From Hydrolagus affinis (taxonomy: Eukaryota): a stretch of DNA of 64,000 bases. The DNA lies in NCBI GenBank assembly GCA_012026655.1, contig JAAILG010000218.1:1-64000 (forward strand). Reading direction: 5' to 3'. The notes beneath the pieces are model-generated. The model was not told the DNA's origin. It saw only the letters and a list, made by a program, of their open reading frames with translations, and ran no database searches. How positions within the stretch are numbered: the first letter of the stretch is position 1; every line of letters starts with the position of its first letter. Positions 24,241 through 38,299 of this stretch are shown one piece after another. Both the position numbers and the translations under genes were made by a program.

Positions 24241-27200
24241 TACCCCCACCTCCAATACTCCTCTCCCAGACTCGAGTTCCCATTCCCAAGTGGCATAACT
24301 ATAATAGTGCAGTTAGGCTAGGGACAACAAGGCTATGGCGGCTCAACCCATTGATTGGGAGAGTTATCGTGGTGGAAACATACCTTTGTCCCGTCCCATT
24401 CACCCACCCCCACCCCCCCAACCCCCGCCTGCTAATATTTGAGCCATATTAGAAATACCTACCTGTGTTTTGGACTCAAAGCCAGTTGTTTTTAATTCAG
24501 AGGCTCCACTGGTCCACTCCCAACAAATTCCTCCATTTCCTTTTATGATATGGCTACATCGGCCTGGGGAGAGAATATGACTTGTGGTCTCTCACTCTCC
24601 ATTTTGAACAAGTATGCGCTTTGCCGGGGAAAGAGGGAACATAACACAAGGAGATGGATTGGGAGACTTTTTTCCAAAACGGTAAAGATAAGCAAAATTT
24701 TAGATTTCAGAACCGGAAAGGGGCCTCTAAATCATTCGTGTACCAGGGACTCTTGAGGCCTAGTTACCCCATTGCCTCTCTGCTTCTGTAAATTTCTTTT
24801 TTAGACCGTGAAAATTTTTTCTTTTTTCCAACCGTGAAGGGCATTATATGAATGCAAACGGTTGTTCTTGTAGAAAAAAACACAATTCCAGTGATGGGGT
24901 ATTTTTTTAAAGTGCTCTTTCAAGGTACAATACCAATTCTAATAAAGTACAAGGAAGCATTTATGTATTTCAAAACATATATCGACTTAAAATTCAAATC
25001 ATCATATTTTGTGGATGGTGTGGATTATTCTTTGCATTTTCAGGCCATCCTACCTCTGACAAGTGATCTTTCTGAGCAACATGCAGCATGAAAGAAATAT
25101 TTTATTCCATAAACGTAAATCATTAAAAGGTGTGCTCTGATCTCAAAATGACTTTTGGCAACACCTCACAGAACAAACAGCTCCTGCATTAATATTAAAG
25201 CTGTTTTATGTGTATATGATATAAATGCCGAAGTAAAAAAACATGAGAGAGCAAGGCTATCTATCACTTACAGTAGGCCCATTTGCAGTCGTCACATTCA
25301 GATAGGGCACTGAATTTTCTAATGATCTGTTCATAAGCAGCAGCATTTCATGACCCAGCAGTGAAGAATGGAAAGCCTCCTGCTATGAGCTGAATGGAAC
25401 CCTTTAGTTGGCTCCTTGAAGAGCTCATTTTCGCATTACTCAGGCTTCATTATGCTGAATCAATATTCGTTTAGTCACTGAGGTTATTGACATATTTTAA
25501 AATAAAAGTATACCCTTCAGCTATTGCACTCATTACAGGTAATTTGTCTTGTCAGGGAGCAGGGAATATTATCGCAGTCTTTCGAGGACTGACAGCGCAT
25601 GGAAATACCTCCCCATGGTTACAACTGTAAATAATTTTGTGGTAAAATATTGAAAAATCAATGACTGTTTCCTGCAATCTGTCACAAACAAATCAATCAT
25701 AATCTGCACAGTCAGGGAGTGTGATATAGGGAGGGAAGGGAGCAGATGCAATCTTCCAGTGAAATCTCTCATTTCAAAATCACTTCACATAATGGTGTCA
25801 TCATTTAAACACTTAACAGTCATTGGAACTGCCGCTCACAGCGTGGAATGGGAAAACCATGAGAAGGAGAAAAGCCATCACTGTTGTATAAACAAACATT
25901 TAATTTAAATGGCTTTTGCATTAGCTGGTTGTATAAGTGAGGCCAACTACCTGTCAATATTACATAGCAGTTTTTCTGCTAATCAATTATGTATGGCTCA
26001 CATGAAGCACATGAACAATTTCACTGCAAATTAGCTCCTGTAGGAACTTAAAGACTTTGATATTCATAGGTTCTATAAAAGCAAGAATTCTACTTAACTG
26101 TTTTTGCTAGATACTATGAATATTGTTATTGCCTTACTCTAGTCTTCACAAAATAAAAATACCTGTAGTGAATATGTGGCATATCAATTTAATCTGATAA
26201 GTAATGAATATATGAATTCACAATAGCATTCTATAGAGTCATATGTATCTATGAGCTGTATAATAATCCAGTGCATTGTGGAAAAAAAGCACAGATGACT
26301 TGTCTTTCACCTCAAGTCACAGGTTTCAATACCCATAGGAGGAAGATGATGAAAAAATCTCTGTCTATTGCCGGAGGCCAAATGTATTGGACTGGCGACT
26401 ATTATGCAGCTACTTAGAGGACTAAAGGTTTTGTGAACAACATGGAACAAAACATTGACAGATACTGCATAGTGCACATACTCAACTCTGCCATGGATTA
26501 TGGATGTTTCCCTGCAGTTTTTTTTTAACCCAAATAATATTTGTCTCTTATGTTCCCTGGTTTCCCACATTTATATACTGGCTTTATATCATCTGAAAAG
26601 GCAAAGTAAAATGTATATAAATGATATAATCAATACTCAGCTACAATTGTTTTTGAAACTGACCAAAATCCCAGTTTGAAACTGACCATTTCACCCAGGA
26701 GTACAATACATATTATATATACAGTATATCTATATTTGTATGTTCACATATATTTCAATGTTTCTCCAAGTGTACTACCTTTCTTTTGATTACAAATGCC
26801 TTGCAATATTGTTTGAATTTATTTATCGTTAACAAAGTACTACTGTAAAGTATTCAGTACTGTAAATTTATATAAGTATAATTCATGGTAACCTGTGACA
26901 TATTATTTTAAGTTCTACATAACTGATTTGCACTGAAGAATCTCAATCAATGTAAAGCAGCATTATTGGAAATAAAGTTGATAATTATGCCTGCCGTGAA
27001 TTTTTATATATACTTTATTCACATAAGTGGGAAAAAAAAGTTGTACATTTTCGAAGGGATGCTTTCCGTGCTAAACAGAGCCTTTACTAATTGTGAAAAT
27101 CATCTTATTTGCTGCAGCCTTATGCTGGAAGTCTCATCTGGCAGAGAATCATGCATCCAGGGAGGCAAGATTAGGGAGTTCAAATGACAGGGGAAAGAGA

Positions 27201-27699
27201 AACTGTACTTCACTTCTGAGAGGAAAGTTAGAGGGAAATAGTTCCTGTACTGCTGGTATCGACCTGCTAAATATTTAAGTATACCAACAATATAATTTGG
27301 GGGACAAGGTGGCAGAGAGATAATGCTTATTACTTCTAACAGGTGAGTTCAAAACCAGGCCCAAACAATGTGCTAAAAGTTGCATTGCTTCACTGGCTCT
27401 AAGGGTGAAATTGTTTGTCTCAACTGTTTGTAATAATCACAGCACAGTGTGAGAGAAGCCATAAGAATGACTAGTCTGGGAATGAAAGGTCACACTGATA
27501 TGTTAGAGGTTCTCTGCTGTGAGTGCAACTGACATACATTGTTGGGTATTAAGAACAGAATAGAACAAGCCTCACAGCATAGCTTAGAAAAGAGCAAACT
27601 TTATACCACAACTTGTAGCACATGATATGAACATAGGAAGTGTTCACTTCCCTAGCACCAATATACAGTATTTCACTTTAATGAGCATAAAACATCTTA

Positions 27700-27830
27700 A
27701 ACAAAAACAGAAGTCACTGGGAACACTCGGCAGGTCAGGGAGCATCTATGGAGAAAGGAAAGTAAGTAAACGTTTCAGGTCCACGACCCTACTTTCCAGA
27801 TTTCCAGCATCTGCAGTATTTTGCATTTTG
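27700..27830. mobile_element. shark-type quasi-palindromic element (Penelope-associated/MITE-like) fragment
   Basis: aaaacagaagtcactgggaacactcggcaggtcagggagcatct...aacgtttcaggtc...tttccagcatctgcagtattttgcattttg. Confidence 0.55.
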
Positions 27831-28094
27831 TCCAAACATCTTAAAGTTAGTGCAATAATAGAAGGATATTAAGCAGGATCTTCATTGTTAATACAGCAAC
27901 ATGTTTCACAACTGGAGCAGGTTCCCAAATGAAGCTATCTATGCATGAGTAGTCTAGTCAGATATTTCAGGTAAGAATGGATCAACATATATAGAAAGGG
28001 AGCCTAAATGTGCAGTAACAGTGGTGTGACAGAATGCAGCATTGATTAAATAAACTCCTGTGTTGCTAGGGTTTCAGGCCTCCCTTAAAGAGAT

Positions 28095-28535
28095 TGCTCC
28101 GCCTCATCCCATCCCTTGCCTCCTTCAAGCACCTCCTCCTTATGATAATAATAATAATCCTTGCATTTGATAAAGCACTTTTCACATCTTCTAGACATCT
28201 CAAAGCACTTCACAGAATATAATGTAAAGTGAATTACATTTGTGGGTGAAATGTGGCAGCCGATTGCGCACAGCAGTGTCCCACAAACTGTCTTGGATTG
28301 AAATGACCAATGTTTTTTTTTGAAGAATTCTTATTAGGCATGCGGAGTAAGGAAATTTGCCTAAGGTTTCACCCTAATTTGCTTTTATTTGACCATGCTT
28401 TTGATCTACCTCCTTCCGCCTCTGCCCTCCACCCTCCCCAATTCCTACTCCAGCTCAGAGTACTGTCTGTCCAGTGCCTTGGGAAGTCCTCAAGATATGA
28501 AAGATGCGATACAAATGTAATTTTGTTGATGTTGC
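28095..28535 (+). mobile_element. L2 3' fragment interrupted by an antisense SINE
   Basis: ctccgcctc...tccttcaagcacctcctc resumes after the SINE as tttgaccatgctttt...ccagtgccttgggaagtcctc...tgaaagatgcgatacaaatg...gttg. Confidence 0.65.
28146..28376 (-). mobile_element. Deu-domain SINE (5'-truncated)
   Basis: (aat)n ccttgcatttga...ggcagccgattgcgcacagcagtgtcccacaaac...ttattaggcatgcggagtaaggaaatttgcc. Confidence 0.9.
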
Positions 28536-31500
28536 TCACCTATCTTCTGGAATCGAGAAGAAATTTTCCATACCAGCCTTGGGATTTCTTGGTTTTCTCT
28601 ATCTTTTTCTGAAAAGGTGGTGTGGGAGAGGAAGAGGTGACACCCGGGTGACCAATAAACAATAAAGAATAGTCCAAGTACTGTATTGGGTGTGATGGAC
28701 AATAATGTCTATCACAATGATTTGAAATCTTGTAGTACACTAAAACAATTAGAAAAAAAGTGATTATAAAAGTTGATATTGTGCAAACCGATGCAATTTT
28801 TCAATACACTTTGCAAATTTTGCAATAAAATAAATGGGACATATGGCCCACCAAAAGTGCAATTGCTTCCCAGCAGTTAGCATACTACAGTACAATGGCA
28901 CTTTTCCAATAGCTACTTTTCTTTCACTTAACTAATAAAAAAAACTTTTGAAATCTAATCCCATGAGTCAATGTAAGTCAAAAAAGTACTTTACTTAATT
29001 AAAAATTTTAAGTCATTAGCAGACTTACTTTCAGCCTGTAGTAATATTTGAGATGTAAGGATTTCAAGCTTATTATATATTGCAGCAATTATAAATTGGC
29101 ACCTTGAATTCCATGTATAATTTTAAAAAATTCAATAATGACTAGAATCACTTTGCTGATGAAACAGGCCACAGATTTTTTTCTGTTTCATCAGCAACAC
29201 TAAGTTTACAGCACTACCCAATCTGGTTACAATAAAGAAATAAAACAAACATTATAACAGATGTTGGATTTAATAAACTGAATATTTTAAATGTGTGAAT
29301 ATTTTAAAAAGGTTTAGTGGGTTAATTCAAAACACTTATAAATAATTGGAATGAACAAAGATAGTGTCATTGTAACAAACCAAATAAATGAGAACGAAAT
29401 CATATGAATATTAATTGTTTTTGAAAATAATATGTTGCCAGATTCCCTCTCAATCCTTACAAATTAAATAACATATTTTACTATTAATGTTAAATAGTGT
29501 CAAAACCACATGTTGGGTGAATAATGTAAATGTATTCCTCTATGCCAAATGTAAACCTTTTATTTGATCATGGCTTTTATAACAGATTGTGACATTTCAA
29601 TGAACTCTCATAAAACAGTGACATATTAGTAGATATGTAACATTGTTTTTGAGACTTTCTCTGATGAAGATCATCTGCTAATCAAACAATGATTGCCTGT
29701 CACATGGTGTTAACAAATGGCACATACACAGTGATAGCACATCTTTAATTCTCCATCACTGCCATTTTAAAACAATACATACAGTACTTAGGTACAGAGC
29801 CTTAATGGTTGCTTAAAATTTAGCAAGTAGAGATTCTGATGCAGGTAGAGATTCTGGTGTAGACATATTCTAAGTAGAAGAATATATTCCTTCATCTTCC
29901 AAAACTCGTGTTCAATATTTTTTGCTATGAATGCACCTGTTGTGCAAAAATACCAACTTAATACTATAAAAATATACATTATCCTGACAAATACCAGTGC
30001 GATATGTCAAACCTGAGTTTATTCCACAAGAATGATACAAATGTATTTTCCTAATCTGATCTACTTATATAATAATTATACTGTACTTGCATTTGATACA
30101 GTGTCATATAAATATGTCTAGGTGCCTTGGTGTCAGGCTCCTCCACGGTCAAGTACTGTACTCTGAAACACTACACTAATCATAATGCTTCATGGGATAC
30201 ACCGCAGAAGTGGTGTGACTGTATTTTTGGCCAAAAGCACAATTCTCATATCACATCATAGATTTGATTTACAATATGATTTCTTTCCCATTAACACTTT
30301 TCATGCTTCTTGATTTATTTTGCATTGATAACAGTATTGAGCTTGTTTTAAACTATTGCAACAAAACAATTGCCTTCTAAGACTATGCTACCATTTAGTG
30401 TTTGACTTCTGGCCTGCTTAAGTCTCGATTGGATCACTGCAGACCTGACTGGTTTTGCGAAGCATCTCTCCTTAAGGTCAGTTGAACCCAAGCAAAATCC
30501 TGCTAACCTCACTTCTCCCAAATATCCAGATATTTTAAACCTTGCAACCATTTTATCATCCGTAAAAGGGTACATTATAGTATATTCAAACCAGCTCAAC
30601 TAAATTACCTGGGATATTAGGTTATGAACTGTGATCAATTTGGTGTCTTAGATATGGACTGCCTTCAGTCAGCTGAACAAATAAAGCAGTGATCAGATCA
30701 ATTTGCATCTCAGAAAGACACGAGGAAGAAAAAGGTTGTGCTGAAGAGATCAAGAAAATTATCATCATCGAAGGTATATGATCTCTGAGGGAGATTTTGG
30801 TGGACTTTAAATTGATATGGATCGAGCTCATCGAGAGATCATCATCATTTTTATGAATTTGTAAATGAAACTTACATTGGTATCAGTGACCTGGTTCTTA
30901 AGGAAGATCACAATTGATGTGATACTTTCATGAATAGGCCTGAACTCATCATAATCGGACCTCAATTTCTTGTTAATCAATCATTGGTTTCTGGGAATCT
31001 AGCTGTCGCTGGACACTAATTTTTAAGACTGGGTTGTACACTACTTTTTAAATAAAACCATTACCCCCAATTTTCTAACTTGTCTTTACTATTTTCGTTA
31101 CGAAGATTAAGGTGATTAATATTTTGAAGGGGAGAATAAGAAATACAAAGAAAAATATTATTAACGGGACTATAACATGAAAGTCCTCAGCTCTACAAAA
31201 TATATTTAACTAGGTTTTCTTCCATGATGTATATGGAGTTGTCATACACATGTATAATATTAGTCAGCCTACAAATATTTTGTAACAAAATTACAAAAAG
31301 AACACAGGACAAAATAAAAAACTTTATAAATATAAATGTCTTTATTTGTGAATTTTAAACAGTGTTTAATGTTTTCACTATTACACTCTGTGGCACAAAA
31401 TAGCACTAAATATTAAAAATGGGTGAAAGACTGTACCATGACATCATGACATCACTGGTTCTCAAGTTAGTGAAACCCAACAAATAAATTTGTTGAAGTC

Positions 31501-32153
31501 ATGCATTTGGATTTTAAATGGATGGAGAGAAACATTCTCTATATATAACAAAGAGACAAAATTCCATCTCACACATATTTATGTTAAAATAAGTTCACAA
31601 ACAGAATGGCGATTTTGCTAGACATGAACACAGTTCTCGATTTAAAAAAAACTTTCTTCCAACACTACATTAAAAGAGTTGCAGCCAATATTTCTGCTTT
31701 CATGACATACTCTCACATTTGTTCATGCTGTTAATTAATATAATCATAAACACCTATTTAGACATTCCGAGTCTAACCACCGTTATCAATCTTAACAACC
31801 ACAAAATCCATGATTTACACTTAAATATACACTCAATGATAAGACATTAATAATCTTGCTTCTATATAATAATGTCAATACATCTAAACAGGTTGTAAAG
31901 CAAACTAAGTTGGAAGTGAACCGAATTTAATATAATTATAATTATACTCAATGTTCTAACATTAATTGAAATGCAACCTGAAGTTTTTGATCAAATTACA
32001 TAACAACCCACCAAAAATGTATGTTGTAAATACATATGAGTATATACATTAATCTTTTGCCTATAAATGGACATAAGCCAAAAATATTGTAAGAACATAA
32101 GAATTTGCTAGACAAAAGAAGACCAGTAACCTTCCATCAACCTGGAAGTCACT

Positions 32154-32484
32154 TAATAATAATAATAATCCTTGCATTTGATACAGCGCTTTTCATATCT
32201 TATCGACATCTCAAAGCGCTTCACAGAATATACTGTAAAGTGAATTAACTGTATATTTGATGGGCGAAAAGCAGCAGCCAATTGCGCACGGCAGTGTCCC
32301 ACAAACAGTCGTGGATTGAAATGACCAATTTTTATTGTTGTGTTTTTTTTGTTCGACGGATTTTTATTAGGCATGTGGAGTAAGGAAACATGCCCACAGT
32401 TTTGCCCTGATCTGCCTTGATTCAAACACAGGTTTCACTCTTGTAAGGCCAGTACTCTAACTGCTAAGCTACAGGAACTCCACA
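32154..32484 (-). mobile_element. full-length tRNA-headed Deu-type SINE
   Basis: Reverse complement aligns end to end with 17192-17550, including the head gtggagttcctgtagcttagcagttagag. Confidence 0.9.
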
Positions 32485-33579
32485 CTTGATATGTTGTGTC
32501 CCAAACTATGTACAATAACTTACTGGGTAGCCCTTCCTGGGTAGCTTCTTGGAGTGCTTAAACTGTATCCCAAGATACTATTTTCTGGCAGAAATGATTC
32601 CAATTTGTTCTTGAAACAAACAAAATTTCTGCTTCCGGTATTATTATCATTATTGTTGAGCACATGTAACATTTTGATCATTGCATTTGTTCCAAAACCT
32701 GAAATAAACGACTGGATCTGAAAAGATCAAAGAATCACATATATGAGCAAACAACTAAAGTAATTACAGCTAATCCATGGATAGTTTTCACTATTCTTGA
32801 TGAATCATTGTTCATTTAATTCATTGATCTTTTATAGCCAAAATACATTTAAAAAATGCTTGTAGAATTAATCTTTGACAATGAATCAGTACAATAAAGT
32901 TAGGATAAAATTAAATGAATGTCAGACTGGACTCTACAAGTTAAGATGAAGTATATTTAGCATGATGGATATCCTATAGTGATTACAAGGTAGTAATCCC
33001 ATTAACAGGTTCAGATGACGTCATAACCACAAGAGTGGAACTCAAGCACTTGACAACTGTCATTTGAACCCCACAACAAGATTACAACCTTGAAATCATT
33101 TCCATGCATTCATTGGTTTAATAATTCAATTTCACAAGATGAAGGGGTGCTTTGGTTCTATTTTTTTCTTCATAGTGGATATTAAAGCACATAACAAGAC
33201 CCATAGCATTTCACATAGTTTATGTTTGATGACAGTTACACTGTTCTGTTAATACCACTACCCATTTATTGATTGATAACCAAAAATTAATCACTGCAAT
33301 ATGTCCTTGAGGTTTCATTAGAAAAATATCATCAAACTCACATTTTTCTACTTAAATACTGAGGGTGTGGGAAATGTGGGAAATATAACTGTTAATCTGT
33401 GTTTCATTCATTTCAATGGCACATTCCAATTTTCAACAGAATTTACAAATATTTTAATCATTAAATGGCTTCTGCTACACTCCCGTTTTCACATTAAAAT
33501 CTCATAAATTCCAAACGTCAATTTTTTTTTAATACCAACTATTCTCTATGCTGACTTTCCAGTGAAAATTGAAGGAGAA

Positions 33580-33885
33580 CTGCATTGTTGGAGGTGCCAT
33601 CCTTCAGATCATACATTAAACTCTATCAACCTATTCAGGTGGATGTTAAAGAACTCATTGTACAATTCAAAAAGAGAAGAGGGATTCTTCTGGTGAAGTG
33701 GTCAATAATCCTTCAGAGAAATTGGTCACTTGCCTCCTGGCTGTTTGTAGAACCTTCTGTATGCAAACTGACTGTTATGTTTGCTTAAACATACACAATC
33801 ACTGCTTTTTCTAGCACTTACCTGTGAAGGACTTTGAGAAGTTGGGATATTACTGGAGCTATATCAAATGCAATGGTTATTATTA
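33580..33885 (+). mobile_element. Deu-domain SINE, older subfamily
   Basis: gcattgttggaggtgccatccttcaga...tcaggtggatgttaaaga...ggctgtttgtag...ctatatcaaatgcaatggttattatt. Confidence 0.75.
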
Positions 33886-35650
33886 GGAGAATTATTATTT
33901 CATTAGGGAATAAGATGAAAATCTACTCATCCCTAGAAAAGCTTTGACCACGTGCTCAATGTACTTTTCCTGAGGATTTGCTCTTTTGGACACTTTTAGT
34001 TAGAGTAATGCTGCTTCAAACCCTTTACATAGTGGCTTGTGTGGCTATCTGTAATGAGTATGTGGACCACAAGGGACTAATTAATATCCTACCGCCAGTA
34101 GAAGCTACTTGTAATCGATAAGCAGCTCATTTGAGGTAAAGACATTTTTTCTGTCGAGTAGTGTATACCGGAGCTGTAATTTGAGGTCAGAATTGTGTTT
34201 TTGAAAATATGAACCGGTCCCACCCTTCCGCACCAGTCAGTGGTATTAACTGTACCTATAATTTGTCATTTCTCTAGTTAGGATGTTCAGTTCCTAATTT
34301 TGACATGTAACTGAGAGGTAAGAGCCCTGGAGGACACATCGAATATCAAGTATATGTCCTTAGACAGGCTGCAAAATAGCAATACGTGAACTGTTCCCAA
34401 GGCATTTTTTCACCCATCACTACACAAACATATCAACAAACAAATCCATCATCAGCTAAACCACCCATGCGCAATTATATAGGAAGTAGAAGTGACATCC
34501 TCAAAGAGTTGGTTTCGATCCCAACAAAAATATGGTTGACAACTCATTGCATTAAACCCTTAGTTATTTTTAAATATAGTGTTGTAATACCAAACATGGA
34601 CAATTCATGAAAGTTATGAAAAGTATTGTAGCTGTCTTTATGACCTTTAGTTTTCTATTATGTGCTGTAAATTATATGTAATTTTCTATTTTCTGACTGA
34701 CAAACAGGAAACAAAAGTCATAATTTGGGAAGATACTTGGACTGTTACTATAGGACACAAAACCACAACTCTTTAATAAATCTATACAAGCTAGTATTTT
34801 AAAATTATAAAGAACTCAAAAAACATAGAATCATTACTGGACAACAAAATATTCTTCCAAATAGGATTTGGGTTATTGTTCTTAACTTATGCAAAATTAT
34901 ATTTTCATATTTCCAGAGTTACCAAAAAATACAAAGAAATTTTAAAACACGTAGTAATTAAGATTTCAATAGATACTGTACTGTATTTAGAAAATTAATT
35001 CATTATTTTTTGTAAATCAATTATGTCTTTAGAGTTTCTGATTCTTGAAAGAGTCTCCCTAATCACTTTGTGGTGGAATTTATTCCAAATGATAAATATG
35101 AAGTCCTTAAAATACTGTAAGACAGTATTGGTAACACTGCAATACTGTATACAGTACTTTAAATGCTTCCAGCACTGTGTAAAGTAATGATGATGTTCAA
35201 ATGCCAGGAAATGTCAACATCATAACATTTACCCTTAAAAGTCACAATAGGAGCTTGATATGTTGGGAGTACATCTTTAAATAAAAACACATCAAAATAA
35301 ATATCAATGTAGCAAAAACACTATTCTCATTGATCAATTGATAAACTTTATATTGAAACAGAATGTTTACTTACATGTGTTTATATTTATTTACATTTGT
35401 TTACCAAAGCAATACTGCATTTTCGAAACAAATTAAACCATGAAGGAAATGGACAAATGTGGGGTCACAAATCCAACTGCAGATGCTGCTTCTGATGACT
35501 TACTTTTTAGTTTTAGAGGGATCCTAATGAATTTTTTTCAACGCTATATGCTGATTATGTCCACACAACACAGCAGACTTGCTAAAACAAAAAGAAATTA
35601 TAATATGATATCTTGCTTATATTGAACAGAAATCAACAGAACAGCCTTAC

Positions 35651-35712
35651 CTCTTCTTCAGTGATAATACCAACTTTTGAAAGGACATCTCTGAATTGTT
35701 TTCGGTTTCTGT
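35651..35712 (-). CDS. sowah: Sowah-family gene, coding exon 2 ((D)RNRKQFRDVLSKVGIITEEE)
   Basis: Acceptor atttttag|AC at 35713/35712 and donor GAG|gtaagg at 35651/35650. 62 nt, phase 1 in and 0 out, joining exons 1 and 3 in frame. Matches the SOWAH 'R..FK.FVN.VA.V' segment. Confidence 0.8.
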
Positions 35713-38299
35713 CTAAAAATAAGATATTAAAAAAAGTTTATTTTATTAAAAAGCTTTCATTGCCAGGTGGATATATGCAAAGATATTAGTTATTGGTTTA
35801 ACGATAACTAAGTTACTGATAAAAACAGTTCAGCGCAAAATGTTTTATTTTTCCTTTATTAGTGTATTATCCTGGGAGTCAATAACCATCATACATTCTC
35901 CTTTCTCCAGGATAGGATGATCTGGACCTCCATTCATGTTCATCACAATGATTATCCTACAGGAGGTGCATTTACAGTCAGGCGAGCCAAATATGTCAGT
36001 TTTAATACCCCCTCCCCACCACCCCACCTCCCTCAACTTGTCCAAGGTGGAACATCTTGCCATAGCATGGGGCTCCATCTACTGTAGCATCCCAGCCAAG
36101 AAATGATGAAGTTCACTCCAAACAGTGGCAGACAAACTTGACTGGCAGACACAACTGGCACTCCAACCCACAACCATCTGTTTGTGAGGCAAGTACTTTA
36201 CCACCTGTGCTAGCAATGTACATAATAACTATACATCTTTGTTACAGAATTCCAAGATTTCAAAGGTGCAATTGAACAAGCATACATGGAATTAAAAACA
36301 TTATGATTTCTGGAGGGAAATATAATTTCATTAAAATGATATCAGTGTTTATATCAATAAATATTTGAAGTGTTACTGACGTGCTCCTATAATCTAAGCA
36401 CAGAGACTGGGCATAAAGGCATGATGTTACTTAGAGAACACAGCTCAGTGAGAAAATAAAAGGCTTCCATTTCTGTTCACTCTTACCTTTAGGCAAAGAT
36501 GAAATTAAAACAGTAGCCACACCAATATCAACTTCTATCTAGAAAACATCCTTATTATTTGAGTGTTGCAACAATTGTTGCTCATTTTACAATTTGGGAC
36601 AGATTTATATAAAAAATACACCTTGGCTACACAAAACAATTGATAACAGACTCTTTTTTTAAGTTATTTTCCATTTTCCAGCACTAAAACAACCTGAAAA
36701 TAAAAGTGACTCCACAAACAATTATAGTAATCCACTTATAAAAGAATACCAAAAGATGTGACAGTTCTTACACTAATTTGATCAGTGATTTTCTATAGCA
36801 AGTGGAAATTTTGATTTTCTAAAAGTTACTACATAATGAGTGCAGTACTGTACTGCATTATATAATAATTATTGTCAAATGAAAATAAATCTCAATACCA
36901 TTATCTAAAGACAATCTTAGAGGTTATATAATATATTTTATTTTTTTAATCATATTGTGCCAGAATAATTTGTCCCAACTCATCAATGTGTAAATTCATT
37001 GTTAAAGTTTCAGAAGAATACACATATTGCTGATCAATACTAACATTATCTATCCATTTTGGTCATGTTTGTTTTGCAAAACATAACTGACTAGAAACTG
37101 TGTGATTCACTGCAAATCTGCATTGTTTGATTTAAGTAAATTTAAGCTTCATATAATGGTAGGAGCAGACATTTTTGCATCAGAACAAGTTTTCCAACTG
37201 AATAGTTAAATGCTACCCTCAATGCTCAATGTTAAACACAAATTGATTCATACTGTAACAAAGTTCATATAATTCACATTTTAATATTTAAAAATATTAA
37301 AGAGTTAAAGTCAATATTTAACAGATGAAGTAGCCAATTAAATAGCAATAGCTAATTACTGATATATCTTAGTACAAGTTTCAGATTTGGAAAATACAAA
37401 TATTAATGTAGCTCTTACATTGCCAATATACAAATTATTATGAAACTATAATGCTATTAGTATTTATTTTGGATATCTCTAAATATTCAACGGATTATTA
37501 ACAGAATATGCAACACCATTTAAATGGTCCATTTTAGTCCACCGAGTACTTTGTATTTCTATTCAACGGTAATAAAAGTAGGTTTGTTCTTTTTGACATG
37601 TCCTGCTGTAATTGTATGCCTGAAAAGTAAAATTGCAGACACGAATATAGCGGAATTAAACTACAGTAATTCAATAAGCTAATTTGCAAACTTTACACAG
37701 ACGTGCTCTCAAATACTGTGCTGTAGGGAAAAAATTACAATTAAAATAAAAAAAAGTCAGTTAATCTTAGCGGAAAGGAAAATGTAACTTTCCAGCAATT
37801 GAAGCACCACATAAAACCGAGAAAAATCTGTTTACTCAAAATGCTGCTGAAGAGTGCCAGTTTAATCAAAGCAAGCAATGTGGTCCGTAATCAGGGCCAT
37901 TATAAAATAAGGAGCAAGTTTCCGTTGACGGCCCTGAAGCGTGTACGAAAAGAACAGCAGTTTCACGATTACTTTCCGTGTCCTAACAAAATCACACGGA
38001 CAACTTCAATGTCTCTCTCGCTCTCTCTGCCTGTCCATCTCTATATACTGTATATAGGTTTCATGCTATTCTAATGACGTCGAAAATAAAACTAAATGCA
38101 AACGCGGAGAATTAATTGCTGGCCATTCCTCCCGAATTCGGAGGCAGTACAGGAACGATTAATTGTCCAATGAATTGATGAAGAAGAAGACGAAAATAGA
38201 AAATAAAACGAACAAACACGAGTTCAAAGCCTCCGGGCTAATCCCAGGGATTTAAACTGCGTTTAAAAAACACAGACAGCAGGATAGCAGCGACTGTCA

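Noticed and set aside
29825-29865. 18-bp tandem duplication (HQNLYL x2 ORF); similar short tandems at 40468-40515 and 57790-57853
   Set aside because: Simple slippage duplications, with no repeat-spacer (CRISPR-like) organisation.
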